From: an uncultured delta proteobacterium
GTDB taxonomy: Bacteria > Myxococcota_A > Polyangia > Polyangiales > JAFGIB01
Direction of reading: 5' to 3'
DNA: 64,000 nucleotides
NCBI GenBank assembly: GCA_963778655.1
Contig: CAVZVA010000002.1
Span: 192,001 to 256,000 of the forward strand
Shown here in pieces: positions 10,549-20,423 of the stretch. A model generated the notes under the pieces. It saw nothing but the letters and a program-made list of their open reading frames with translations. It was not told the origin of the DNA and did no database searches. Position 1 is the stretch's first letter, and every line of letters starts with the position of its first letter. A program made the position numbers and the translations under genes.

Positions 10549-11412
10549 ATGGGCAGCGAGGCTGAACGAGAAACGCTGTGGAGGCGAGCGTTTCGCCAGC
10601 TAAGAAGGCGGCGGCTGGTGGTCGCGTGCTTCGTCACGATCGCGATCTACCTCGCGATCGCCGCGCTCGGGGTGCTGGGACTGTTGCCGGACTACCAGGC
10701 CCGCGTCGGCGCGTCCTACCAGCCGCCGGCCACCAGCCTGACCCTGATGCTCGGCACCGACATCTTCGGGCGTTCAGTGCTGTACAAGATCCTCGCCGGC
10801 ACCAAGACCGCCATGCTTATCGGGCTGCTGGTGCCGACGATCGCGGTGCCGGTCGGCGTGGTGCTGGGCGCGCTAGCCGGCTACTACGGGGGCTGGGTCG
10901 ACGCGCTGGTGGTGTGGCTGTTCTCGGTGGTCTCGGCGCTGCCGGAGATCCTGATCGTGGTGGCGATCTCGTTCGTGCTCGGCAAGGGCATGTCGGCGAT
11001 CTGCATCGCCATGGGGAGCGTGGGCTGGGTCGGTTTGTGCCGGCTGGTGCGCGGCGAATTCATCAAGCACCGGGGGCGCGAGTACGTGCTGGCCTCGCGC
11101 CTGCTCGGCGCCACCAGCCGCCGCGTGATCTTCGTCCACATCCTGCCCAACGTGGTGCACCTGGCGATCATCACCACCTCGCTCGAGGTGCTGTCCGCGA
11201 TCAAGAGCGAGGTGATCCTGACCTACCTCGGCGTGGGCGTGCAGGACGGCGCGAGCTGGGGCACGATGATCTCGGACGCCTCGGGCGAGCTGGTGCAGGG
11301 CATCTGGTGGCCGCTCGCCGGCACCGTGCTGGCGATGTTCTTCCTGATCTACGCGCTCAACGTCGCAGGTGACGCGCTGCGCGACGCCCTCGACCCCAAG
11401 CTGCTGGAGTGA
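10549..11412 (+). CDS. ABC transporter permease (OppC/DppC-like)
   Basis: LGTDIFGRSV, EYVLASRLLGA, HILPN, GDALRDALDPK. Confidence 0.95.
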   Translation: MGSEAERETLWRRAFRQLRRRRLVVACFVTIAIYLAIAALGVLGLLPDYQARVGASYQPPATSLTLMLGTDIFGRSVLYKILAGTKTAMLIGLLVPTIAVPVGVVLGALAGYYGGWVDALVVWLFSVVSALPEILIVVAISFVLGKGMSAICIAMGSVGWVGLCRLVRGEFIKHRGREYVLASRLLGATSRRVIFVHILPNVVHLAIITTSLEVLSAIKSEVILTYLGVGVQDGASWGTMISDASGELVQGIWWPLAGTVLAMFFLIYALNVAGDALRDALDPKLLE

Positions 11413-11432
11413 GCGGGAGCCCCGAGGAGGCA

Positions 11433-11482
11433 ACGGGAAGACGGGAAGAACAAGGCGGATTCTTCGCTTCCCGTCTTCCCGT
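11433..11482. repeat. REP-like family B: perfect 16-bp inverted repeat ACGGGAAGACGGGAAG / CTTCCCGTCTTCCCGT; probable bidirectional terminator role
   Basis: Between convergent permease and helicase genes; same 8-mer-periodic motif recurs at about 9 intergenic sites. Confidence 0.85.
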
Positions 11483-11487
11483 AGCAG

Positions 11488-13527
11488 CTATCCCCGTGGT
11501 GCGCCGTCGCGGCTGCGGAGGAAGGCGCGGCCGAGCTCGGCGATTTCGCCGAAGTCGAGCTCCTTCTTCTCGGGACGCTCGTACTGCTCCACGTGCGGTT
11601 CGGGCAGATTGTCGAGGAAGCGCGAGGGAGTCAGCTCGATGCGCTGCCCGCGTAGCATGCGCCGCCGGCTGCGGCACAGATACAGCCGCTCGCGCGCACG
11701 CGTGACGCCGACGTAGAACAAGCGGCGCTCCTCCTCGACATCGGCCACGGTCGCCTCGCTGACCTTGGGATCGGTGGTGCGGCTGTGCGGCAGCTGGCCC
11801 TCGACGCAGCCGATCAGAAACACCACGTCGAACTCGAGCCCCTTGGCCCCGTGCAGCGTCGACAGCGTGATCGCGTCGCCAGCCGCCGGCTCCTCGCCAC
11901 CTACGTTGAGCGCGACGCGCTCGAGAAAGCCCGACAGGCCGCGGCGGTCGCCACCGGTCTCGCGCTCGAAGCGCTCCAGCCAGCCGACGAAGTGCTCCAC
12001 GTTGGCCCAGCGCATCGCGCCGCCATCGCCGCCCTCGGCCGCGTCCACCAGGTGGTGGCGTACGCCCGCTTCCTCGACCAGCTCGCGCGCCAGCCGCGCC
12101 ATGCCCTCCCCTGTCGCGGCGCGCTTGCGGAAGCGCGCGATCATCACGTTGAAGGCCTCGATCGAGCGCCGCGCCGCGTCGGCGAGCCCCTCGACCTGCG
12201 CCGGCTCGGCCAGCGCGCGCGCAAACGACAGCGCGGCGCGCTCCGCCTGCGCCTGCACCTGCTCGACCGCCCGCGGCCCGATGCCGCGCGGCGGCTGGTT
12301 GAGGATGCGCCGCAGCGACACCTCGTCGCCCGGATTGATCAGCACGCGCAGGTAGGCCGCCACGTCCTTGACCTCGCGCCGGTCGAAGAACTGCGCGCCG
12401 CCGAACACGCGATACGCCAGACCTTCGGTGCGCAGCTCCTCCTCGACCAGGCGCGCCTGTAGATTCGAGCGGTACAGCACCGCGATCGCGCCGAGCGCGA
12501 CCCCCGAGCGCACCAGCTCGCGCGCCTCGCGGGCCACCAGCTTGGCCTCGTCGACCGGATCGTCGCACACGCACACCCGCACCCGATCGCCGCCCTTGCG
12601 CGCGGCGCGCAACGTCTTGTCGTGCCGCCGGCCGCCGCTCTTGGCGATCGCGGCGTTCGCCACCGCGAGGACCGCCTCGCGTGACCTGTAGTTGTGCTCG
12701 AGCTTGACCATGCGCGCGCCAGCGAAGTGACGCTCGAAGTCCAGGATGTTGCTCACGTCGGCGCCTCGCCAGGCGTAGATCGACTGATCGTCGTCGCCGA
12801 CCACGCACACGTTGCCGCGCGCGTTCACCAGCAGCTTCAGCAACTCGAGCTGGACCTTGCTGGTGTCCTGGAACTCGTCCACCAGCACGTGGTCGAAGCG
12901 CTCGGCCCAGCGCGCCCGCAGCTCGGGCTTGCGCGCCAGCAGACGCACGGGCAACACCACCAGGTCGTCGAAGTCGAGCGCGCACATCGCCCGCAAGCGA
13001 GCCTCGTACTCCGGGTAAAGCTCCCGGGCGACGTCGTCGTACTCGAAGTCCGACTCGGGCACGTGCTCGGGAGGGAGCAACGCGTTCTTCCATAGCGAGA
13101 TGCGCGCCAGGATCGCCTGCGGGTCGAGCTTGCGCGCCGCCCCCGCCTTGCGCATCTCGCGCAGGATGTCCTTGACCACGCCCGTGCTGTCGGCCTGGTC
13201 GAAGACCACGAAACGCCCCGGCAGCCGCAGCGCGCGCTTCTCCTCGCGCGTGAAGCGCAGGCCGAAGCTGTGGAAGGTGCTCAGCCACAGCTTGCCCGTG
13301 GGCGCGCGGCCGATCAGCCCTACCATGCGCTCGGCCATCTCCTGGGCCGCCTTGTTAGTGAAGCTGACCGCGAGGATGCGCTCGGGATCGACCCCGCGCC
13401 GGCGCACCAGGGTCGCGATGCGATGGGTGATCACACGTGTCTTGCCGCTGCCCGCTCCGGCCAGAATCAGCAGCGGCCCGTCTCCATGGTCGACCGCGGC
13501 CCGCTGTGCTGCGTTGAGCTCCGGCAT
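11488..13527 (-). CDS. UvrD/Rep/PcrA family SF1 DNA helicase
   Basis: LAGAGSGKT, FTNKAA, STFHS, VDEFQD, GDDDQSIY.WRGA, LEHNYRS, HGAKGLEF, EEERRLFYVGVTRA. Confidence 0.96.
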   Translation of the reverse strand: MPELNAAQRAAVDHGDGPLLILAGAGSGKTRVITHRIATLVRRRGVDPERILAVSFTNKAAQEMAERMVGLIGRAPTGKLWLSTFHSFGLRFTREEKRALRLPGRFVVFDQADSTGVVKDILREMRKAGAARKLDPQAILARISLWKNALLPPEHVPESDFEYDDVARELYPEYEARLRAMCALDFDDLVVLPVRLLARKPELRARWAERFDHVLVDEFQDTSKVQLELLKLLVNARGNVCVVGDDDQSIYAWRGADVSNILDFERHFAGARMVKLEHNYRSREAVLAVANAAIAKSGGRRHDKTLRAARKGGDRVRVCVCDDPVDEAKLVAREARELVRSGVALGAIAVLYRSNLQARLVEEELRTEGLAYRVFGGAQFFDRREVKDVAAYLRVLINPGDEVSLRRILNQPPRGIGPRAVEQVQAQAERAALSFARALAEPAQVEGLADAARRSIEAFNVMIARFRKRAATGEGMARLARELVEEAGVRHHLVDAAEGGDGGAMRWANVEHFVGWLERFERETGGDRRGLSGFLERVALNVGGEEPAAGDAITLSTLHGAKGLEFDVVFLIGCVEGQLPHSRTTDPKVSEATVADVEEERRLFYVGVTRARERLYLCRSRRRMLRGQRIELTPSRFLDNLPEPHVEQYERPEKKELDFGEIAELGRAFLRSRDGAPRG

Positions 13528-13817
13528 CGTCGCTACGCGCGGACCGGCCGCGTGGCCAGCGTCGGTCCGAGCGCCGCAAGCTTCACGATCGCGCGGCTGC
13601 TGTCAACGCAAAATCCGAGCCCGGGCTCGTGGCCGCAGCGTGAATTTCGACGACGAAAGGTAACCGCTTGACGGGGCCGGTAAAGGCCGTGTGCGTGCGC
13701 GGGTGACACGCTGAGACCAGAAGCGTGCGGAGCGAACGGGTAGATCGCGCCGGATTTCGGTCGGCCGGCGGGCAGCCGTCGGCGACGGGGGCGCGGTGGT
13801 CTTCAGGAGGTCTTGTC

Positions 13818-15422
13818 GTGCAGGGTTGCGCTACGTCGTTATTTGGGCTGTCGTGGTATCGGTGGTGGTTGTACGTGCTGTTGTGCGCGGGGCTGGCGGC
13901 GTTCGGCGAGGGCTGTCCCTCCTCCAACAAAGCAGGCGCGCCGATGCAGCAACCGGACGCGACCGGTGGCACGGGCGCGACTGACGGCAGCATCACCGGC
14001 ACCGGCGGCAGCAGCGCGCCGGCGGGAACCGGCGGTAGCAACGGCGGCGGGGGCACGGCCGGGGGCGCGGGCTCGGGCCCGAGCGGATCGGGCGGGAGCG
14101 GCGCCGGCGGAAACGGGGGCACGGGCGTCGCCGGTAGCGGCGGGGGCGGGAGCGATGGCGGCGTGAGCACCACCGACGGAGGCACGCCACCGCCCAACTC
14201 GATGACGCCCGACCCGATCGGTAATGCCAACCGCGCGCCGGGCTTCATCGATCTGTCGCCGCCGATGGGCGATCCGCTGCCCCAGCAGGGAGACTCCGTC
14301 TCACCCGCGCCTCCTGCGGGCTGGGACTGGTTCCAGATCGATGGCACCCAGTGCCGCGACGGGTCGCCAGCTGGCCTCTACGTGCACCAGGGCACGGGCA
14401 CCGGCCTGGTGATCTACCTGGAGGGCGGCGGTGCGTGCAGCAACGCGAATTACTGCGCCTTCAACCCCTCGAACGTGAACGAAGTGCTGGCCGGCGACGG
14501 CCAGGTCGTGATCGGCTCGGCCATCGGTGCCGGTCCGGGCCGGCAGCAGCCGGGCGCCTATACCGACGCCAGCCACACCGGCGCGCCAGCCGGCATCTTC
14601 GACACCTCGAACGCGGCCAACCCGTTCAAGGACTGGAGCCAGGTCTATATCCCGTACTGCACCGGCGACGTGCACTTCGGTGCCAAGGCGAACGGCATGG
14701 TGCCGGGCCTCGATACGCCGCAGCAGTTCGTGGGATACCTGAACATGAAGAAGTTCATCAGCCGCATCGTGCCGACGTTCAAGAGCCGGGTCACGCAGGT
14801 GGTGCTCGCCGGTGCGAGCGCGGGCGGGTTCGGCGCGGCGCTCAACTTCAGCATGGTGCAGGACTCATTCGGGGACATCCCGGTCGTGGTGGTAGACGAC
14901 TCCGGGCCGCCGTTCGACGACCAGCACATGCCGGTGTGCATGCAGAAGCGCTGGCGCGAGGCCTGGGGCTTGAACGCCGCGCTGCCGCCCGATTGCACCG
15001 AGTGCCAGCAGGCCGATGGAGGCGGCCTGCTCCTGCTGGCGAACTTCCTGCTGCGCAAGCACCCCAACTCTTCATTGGTGGTGATCTCGAGCATGGAGGA
15101 CGAGGTGATTCGCCTGTTCTACTCGGTGGGGCTCCAGGACTGCGCCAACTACGACACGGCCGACCCGGTGGCGGTGGTGCTGCTGCAGGCGGACCCTGGC
15201 ACGTACTTCCCCGCCGACCAGTACACCGGCGGGCTGAACGCGCTGCGCGACACCTACGGCGGCACCGGACGGCTCGGTACGTTCTTTCTGGGCGGCGACA
15301 ACATCACCTACCACCAGCACATCTTCCGCGACCGCTTCTACGACAGCAGCGTGGGCACGGAGTCGATCGCGAAGTACGTCTCGGACTTCCTCTCCGGCAC
15401 GATCGCCAACGTAGGGCCGTAG
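13818..15422 (+). CDS. Secreted/lipoprotein pectinacetylesterase (Notum-like) alpha/beta hydrolase with Gly-rich linker
   Basis: AGGAGG RBS before GTG 13818; CRDGS, IYLEGGGAC, YIPYCTGDVH.G, GASAGG nucleophile motif, DDSG. Confidence 0.85.
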   Translation: MQGCATSLFGLSWYRWWLYVLLCAGLAAFGEGCPSSNKAGAPMQQPDATGGTGATDGSITGTGGSSAPAGTGGSNGGGGTAGGAGSGPSGSGGSGAGGNGGTGVAGSGGGGSDGGVSTTDGGTPPPNSMTPDPIGNANRAPGFIDLSPPMGDPLPQQGDSVSPAPPAGWDWFQIDGTQCRDGSPAGLYVHQGTGTGLVIYLEGGGACSNANYCAFNPSNVNEVLAGDGQVVIGSAIGAGPGRQQPGAYTDASHTGAPAGIFDTSNAANPFKDWSQVYIPYCTGDVHFGAKANGMVPGLDTPQQFVGYLNMKKFISRIVPTFKSRVTQVVLAGASAGGFGAALNFSMVQDSFGDIPVVVVDDSGPPFDDQHMPVCMQKRWREAWGLNAALPPDCTECQQADGGGLLLLANFLLRKHPNSSLVVISSMEDEVIRLFYSVGLQDCANYDTADPVAVVLLQADPGTYFPADQYTGGLNALRDTYGGTGRLGTFFLGGDNITYHQHIFRDRFYDSSVGTESIAKYVSDFLSGTIANVGP

Positions 15423-15441
15423 AGCAATCCAGAACCATGAA

Positions 15442-15552
15442 ACAGGAAGACGGGAAGACGCGAAGGACCCCGTCTTGCTGTGATCCCCAACCGCGCCTCG
15501 CCTCCCGCGGGAAGGAGCGACGCTCGATCTTCCCGTCTTCCCGTCTTCCCGT
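15442..15552. repeat. REP-like family B inverted repeat
   Basis: ACAGGAAGACGGGAAGAC ... (TCTTCCCG)x3 between convergent genes. Confidence 0.8.
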
Positions 15553-15602
15553 GATCCCCAAGCGCCTCGCTGCCAGCGGGACGGGACCGATCAGGTACGG
15601 GC

Positions 15603-16604
15603 TCAGCTGGTCAGCGCGGCCAGGATGCGGCGCTTGCCGCTGAACGTGGCGCGGCCGTGCATCGACAGCACGTTGTCCAGCACCAGCACGTCGCCGCGCT
15701 GCCAGGGGAAGGCGACGGTGTTGGCGTCGAGCGTGTCGAAGATGTGATAGAGGTCCTCGCGCGCGATCGGCGAGCCGTCGGCGTGGAAGACGTCGTGCAG
15801 GCGGGTGTGGGGACGCGCGTAGAGCAGATTCACCGCGACCCAGCGCCACCAGCCGATCAGGCGCGGGTTGAAGTCGTAGAGATGTGGCTGGCTGAACCAG
15901 ACCCACTCACCACTCTCCGGATGGGGGATGGCGGCGGGTCGCGTCTGGCTGATGGTGATCCAGCTGCCGTGCCAGCTGAACTCGAAATCGTGCTCGCGGC
16001 AGAGTTGCTCCACCTGCGCCCGATCCTCGGTCTCGAACACCGTGCGCCACGGTTTGTGCCCGGCCTGCAGCGTATTCAGGAAGTCCATGAACGCGCTGTC
16101 GCCGTAGTAGCGCGAGACGTACTTGAGCTTGCGCTGCATGAAGCGCTCGCGCACGGCCGGATCGAGCTTGTGGTAGATGCGCCGCGAGTCTCCGAGGATG
16201 GTCTCGCCGCGCTCGGGCGGCGGGACGTCGCAGTAGAAGAAGATGTGCTTGGGGTAGTCGCGCACGAAGGACATCTCGTTGTGCAGCGGGATCTTCACCG
16301 CGGGGGGGACCTCGGTCGAGGTGTAGATGGCGCCCTTGATCTTGTGGCGCGGGCTGTCGCCGCCGATGTAGTTGACCGAAGGACCCTTGGCCAGCGTGTC
16401 GATTACGGCGGCGAAGTCGTCCGCACCCTCGATCGGAAAGCCGCGTAGCAGCAGCCCGCCGTGCTCCAGTAGACGCGTATGCAATACGGGCAGGCAGCCA
16501 CGCAGCTGCTCGACCAGCTCCTCTGTGCTGGTCTTGCGCTTGGGCGAGATCACGAGCGGTAGCGGCTCGTTGCCGAAGCACGACAGGTCGAATGTCTCTT
16601 CCAT
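15603..16604 (-). CDS. TauD/TfdA (SyrP-like) Fe(II)/2-oxoglutarate dioxygenase
   Basis: HGGLLLRGF, IYTSTE, IPLHNEMS (HxE), WQRGDVLVLDNVLSMHGR. Confidence 0.92.
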   Translation of the reverse strand: MEETFDLSCFGNEPLPLVISPKRKTSTEELVEQLRGCLPVLHTRLLEHGGLLLRGFPIEGADDFAAVIDTLAKGPSVNYIGGDSPRHKIKGAIYTSTEVPPAVKIPLHNEMSFVRDYPKHIFFYCDVPPPERGETILGDSRRIYHKLDPAVRERFMQRKLKYVSRYYGDSAFMDFLNTLQAGHKPWRTVFETEDRAQVEQLCREHDFEFSWHGSWITISQTRPAAIPHPESGEWVWFSQPHLYDFNPRLIGWWRWVAVNLLYARPHTRLHDVFHADGSPIAREDLYHIFDTLDANTVAFPWQRGDVLVLDNVLSMHGRATFSGKRRILAALTS

Positions 16605-16683
16605 CTCGCGCCCTCGCCGCGCTGTTCGCGCTCCGGCAGGAGGGGTAGCAAAGTGGCCTCGGGGGCGTCAATTGGTCGCGTAT

Positions 16684-16709
16684 CGGGCAGGACACGCGCC
16701 CTCCCCGCC
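16684..16709. repeat. REP-like family A partial copy
   Basis: AGGACACGCGCCCTCCCCGCC identical to 412-432. Confidence 0.7.
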
Positions 16710-16852
16710 AGGCACCGGCCTGCAAGCTGGCGCTCCCCGCGACCGCACGCGTTGACTTGACCGGATGGGCGCGATAGGTGGGGCTTCTGGTGGCCCTCGC
16801 GGTGCCGCCGCCGACCTCGGGCGGCCGTTGTTGCGCGGGCGCCCGCTGCTGC

Positions 16853-17116
16853 ATGAACCCAAGCCTGGCTGCGAGCACGACGAGCGAGCACGGAACGCGG
16901 CTGAGCGGGCCCGGTCTGTTCTGGTCCGCGTTGCGGGCGCGGCCGCTGCGGGTCGGGCTGGGGCTGTGCGTCGAGTACGCGATGTTCGCGGCTGCGGTGG
17001 GCCTGGCCCTGCTGCTGCGGCTGACCCGCACCCCGATGGCATGGCTGGATCGCATCTCGGGGCTGCGGCTACGGGAACGCATCGTGAGCGTGCTCGCGCG
17101 CTTGTCGCCCGGTTGA
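16853..17116 (+). CDS. Small putative membrane protein (87 aa) upstream of psd
   Basis: ATG 16853, one hydrophobic segment, stop 5 nt before psd ATG. Confidence 0.55.
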   Translation: MNPSLAASTTSEHGTRLSGPGLFWSALRARPLRVGLGLCVEYAMFAAAVGLALLLRLTRTPMAWLDRISGLRLRERIVSVLARLSPG

Positions 17117-17121
17117 TCGCG

Positions 17122-17769
17122 ATGGACCCGCTCACCTTTCTGGCGTGGCGCTTCTACTACTTCTTCCGAGACCCGGTGCGAACGCCGCCCCAGGGGCGCG
17201 TGGTCTTGTCACCCGCGGACGGCTACCTGCTGTACGCGCGGCGGGTGCGCGGCGGGCAGGTGCCGAGCCCGATCAAGCAGGGCGTCGAGGTGCCGCTGCA
17301 GGAGTGGATCGGCGCAGTGCCGTACGCCGAGGACGGGACGCTGGTAGGGATCTACATGACGGCGCTGTCGGTGCACTACATCCGCTCGCCGGTGCCGGGC
17401 AGCATTGCGCGGGTGGTGCCGCGTCCGGCGCGCGGGGAGAACCTGCACCAGACGCGCACGTTCGTCCGCTTGCTGTGGGATATGCAGCCCTACGAGCAGG
17501 GCAGCCGCTACATCACGGAGAACGCACGCAACACGATCGCGATCGAAGGAGAGGTGCCGGCGGTGGTGGTGATGATCGCAGACCGCTACGTGCGGCACTG
17601 CGACAGCTTCGTGAGCGAGGGCGCGCAGGTAGCGGCCGGGGACAAGATCGGGATGATCCGGATGGGCTCGCAATGCGATCTGTACGTGCCGGACAGCGCC
17701 GGCGTGCGCTTCGATTGCAAGCCAGGCACCCGGGTGCTGGCCGGAGAAACCGTCCTCGGGACCTACTGA
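17122..17769 (+). CDS. psd: Phosphatidylserine decarboxylase proenzyme (short type)
   Basis: FFRDP.R, SPADG, IYM....VH.IRSPV.G, NARN, GMIRMGSQ self-cleavage GS motif. Confidence 0.85.
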   Translation: MDPLTFLAWRFYYFFRDPVRTPPQGRVVLSPADGYLLYARRVRGGQVPSPIKQGVEVPLQEWIGAVPYAEDGTLVGIYMTALSVHYIRSPVPGSIARVVPRPARGENLHQTRTFVRLLWDMQPYEQGSRYITENARNTIAIEGEVPAVVVMIADRYVRHCDSFVSEGAQVAAGDKIGMIRMGSQCDLYVPDSAGVRFDCKPGTRVLAGETVLGTY

Positions 17770-17863
17770 GGCCCCCCGCAACGCCTTCGTCGTCGTGGGC
17801 GTAGGAACGACTCGATCCTTCCCGCCTTCCTGTCTTCCTGTCTCTTATCTCTCGACCCCCGCC

Positions 17864-19876
17864 TCAGCGCAGCACCTGCAGCAGGTTGCTGAAGTGGTCG
17901 GTCCACACCACCGGGTTGCCGCGCAGCGGCGAAGGCGTGGCGCCGGCCAGCAGCGGGCGCAGAACCGCCGGGTTGCGGCTGAGCAGAGCCCAGCGTACGC
18001 GGGCGTAGCCGTGCTCGACGTCGCTGGGCGTCTCGAGCAGGCGCAGCGTCAGGCCATGGCGCGCGGCGGCGCCGGCGACCACGCGCTCCACGCTCAGATG
18101 GCGGTTTGAGACGTTGGCGAGCAGCACGCCGTCAGAGCGCAGGTGCCGCAAATAGGTGGCGAACGCCTCGACCGTCAGCAAATGGGTCGGCACGGCGTCG
18201 CTGGCAAAGGCGTCGAGCACCAGCAGGTCGAAGCGCTGCGGCGGCTCGCGCTCGAGCGAGATGCGGCCGTCGCCGATCACCAGCTCGATCGACGCCAGCG
18301 AGCGGGAGAGAAAGCTGAAGCGCGTGCGAGCCACCTCGGCCACGTCCGGGCTCAGCTCGTAGAAGCGCATACGGTCCCCTGCGCGCCCGTAGCAGGCGAG
18401 CGTGCCCACCCCGAGCCCGACCACGCCGATGCGGCGCGCGTGATCGATCCCGTGCAGGCGCAGCGCGCGGCCCGCCCCGGAGTCGGGGCCGAAGTAGAGC
18501 GTCGGCAGCCCCGCGCGGCGCGGGTCGCGAAACTGCATGCCGTGGCGGATGCGCCCGTGCGAGAGCAAGGTCACGTCGCCGAGCTGGGTCACCCGCAGCA
18601 CTCCGTAGAAGCTGCGCCGCTGCTCGATCACGCTGCCGCCGCGCGTGCGGTCCTGTCCCTGCACCCAGATCGTGGCGGCGATCAGTGGCATGCCCAGCCC
18701 AAGCCCCAGCCACGAAAGCCGCAGCTCGCCGCGCTTGCGCGCGGCCTCAGGCTCGCCGAACAGCACCGACAGCAGCAGCACGTAGGTGGCGATCGTGGCC
18801 AGCTGCAGCTCGAAGAAACCGCTGAACAGGCGCGGCGCGAGCACCCCCACGAATATCCCGCCGGCCGCGCCGCCAGCCGCCACCCACAGGTAGAAGCGCG
18901 AGAGCTGCGCGGGCTCGGGCCGCAGCGCGGAGAGCTCGCCGTGACACAGCATGCAGCACGCAAACAAGCTCAGCAGCGGGACTCCGAGCTGCTGCCAGAG
19001 CGGCGCGCTGCCCTGCTCGAACAAGCTCACCCCGAGCGCCGCGGTGCACCCCACCCACAGCGGCAGCACCAGCGCGCGCCGGTAGAGGCGGCGCTCCGCG
19101 AAGACGAGAATGAAGGATCCGAGGTACAGCGCGAGCGGCGCGATCCACAGAAAGGGCACCGCAGCCACGTCCACGGTGATGTAGTTGGTGACAGCCAACA
19201 GCATCACGCACGGCACGCTCGAGAGCCCGAGCCAGCGCGCGCGCTGGCCGGCGACGCGCTCCTGCTCAACCGCGGGCGGCGCGTCGACCGGCGCCGCACG
19301 CAAGGCGTTCACGCCCAGAACGGCCATCGACAGCGCAAAGCCGGCGAACAGCCACGACCACAGCCGCGCCTGACCGGCGAGCGTCAGGCTGGGCTCGACA
19401 AGCAGCGGGTAGCTGAGCAGGCCGAGCAGCGAGCCGGCGTTGGAAAACGCGTACAGCGCGTACGGCGAGCGCCGCGTCGAGCGCTCGTACCAGTGCTGGA
19501 GCAGCGGAGCGGTCACCGCCAGCACGAGGTACGGTAGCGCTGCGCGCCGTAGCAGCAATCCCAGCACCTGCGCCGCCGGGTGCGGCAGGCTCGGCGGCCG
19601 GTCCGCGGGCTGGGGCCCGATCGGCAGCGCAAGCAGCCCCGCGCCCAGCAGCGCGAGCTCGCAACCGAGCTGCAAGCGGGGCGGACAGCGCCGAATCAGC
19701 GCGTCGGCCAGCGCGTAGCCGCCAAACAGCAGCAGCTCGAAGAACAGCATGCAGATGGTCCAGGTGGCCGGGCTGCCGCCAAACCACGGCAGCAGGCGCT
19801 TGCCCAACAACGGCTGCACCTGGAACAGCAGCAGCGCGCCCAGAAACACGGTCCACGCGTAAAGCGGTCTGCGCAC
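17864..19876 (-). CDS. Fused multi-TM / spermidine-synthase-like (SAM-fold) membrane protein
   Basis: LLFQVQPLLGK.LLPWFGGSPATW, YALYAFSNAGSL, IGVVGLGVGTL, GDGRISL, LDAFASDAVPTHLLT.EAF, WTDHFSNL; start approximate. Confidence 0.88.
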   Translation of the reverse strand: MRRPLYAWTVFLGALLLFQVQPLLGKRLLPWFGGSPATWTICMLFFELLLFGGYALADALIRRCPPRLQLGCELALLGAGLLALPIGPQPADRPPSLPHPAAQVLGLLLRRAALPYLVLAVTAPLLQHWYERSTRRSPYALYAFSNAGSLLGLLSYPLLVEPSLTLAGQARLWSWLFAGFALSMAVLGVNALRAAPVDAPPAVEQERVAGQRARWLGLSSVPCVMLLAVTNYITVDVAAVPFLWIAPLALYLGSFILVFAERRLYRRALVLPLWVGCTAALGVSLFEQGSAPLWQQLGVPLLSLFACCMLCHGELSALRPEPAQLSRFYLWVAAGGAAGGIFVGVLAPRLFSGFFELQLATIATYVLLLSVLFGEPEAARKRGELRLSWLGLGLGMPLIAATIWVQGQDRTRGGSVIEQRRSFYGVLRVTQLGDVTLLSHGRIRHGMQFRDPRRAGLPTLYFGPDSGAGRALRLHGIDHARRIGVVGLGVGTLACYGRAGDRMRFYELSPDVAEVARTRFSFLSRSLASIELVIGDGRISLEREPPQRFDLLVLDAFASDAVPTHLLTVEAFATYLRHLRSDGVLLANVSNRHLSVERVVAGAAARHGLTLRLLETPSDVEHGYARVRWALLSRNPAVLRPLLAGATPSPLRGNPVVWTDHFSNLLQVLR

Positions 19877-19923
19877 GACTGCGGGCAGCTTGCCATCGAG
19901 CTGCAGCCGCAGACCAGCCCGCG

Positions 19924-20421
19924 TCAGTTGTCTTTGGCGCCGTTCTGGATCCAGGTACGAATCAGCTGAATCTGGGCATCCGCCAGCTTGACGCCGGTCG
20001 GGGGCATGGGGTCGCCGCAAGGCGGCGTCTGCTCGATCTTCTTGACCAGCAGGCTGTTGTCGGGATCGCCCGGCACCACGCGCTCGAGCCCGCTGTCCTT
20101 GCAGTCTGGGGTCTTGCCCGGGATCAGATTGGTGCCCATGGCCGCGACGCCCACCAGCGCCGCGTAGGTGGCGGCCTTGCCGTTCATGATCAGGTTGCCG
20201 CCGGTCGCGCCGCCGTGGCACAGCGGGGACCCGTTGCACCCGGTGGCGACGATGATGTCGGTGTAGATTGCGCTGAAGGTCGCCTGGTCGGCCGCGCCGC
20301 CGCCGGCACCCCCCCCACCGCCCTGGCCTGCGCCGCCCCCGCCCGAGCTTCCCCCGCCGCAGCCGAGCGCGAGCAGCAGCAACCCTCCTGCTGCCCGGAT
20401 CATGACTCGCTTCGCAGGCAT
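19924..20421 (-). CDS. Lipoprotein with cytochrome-c-like domain and atypical CX5CH motif
   Basis: Lipobox LALGC, Gly linker, CNGSPLCH, VVPGDPDNSLL..K, PMPP, IRTWIQNGA. Confidence 0.7.
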   Translation of the reverse strand: MPAKRVMIRAAGGLLLLALGCGGGSSGGGGAGQGGGGGAGGGAADQATFSAIYTDIIVATGCNGSPLCHGGATGGNLIMNGKAATYAALVGVAAMGTNLIPGKTPDCKDSGLERVVPGDPDNSLLVKKIEQTPPCGDPMPPTGVKLADAQIQLIRTWIQNGAKDN

Positions 20422-20423
20422 GC

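Noticed and set aside
11488..13527. Helicase as part of a defence system (e.g. Gabija)
   Set aside because: Full-length housekeeping UvrD/Rep motifs and no adjacent nuclease or ATPase
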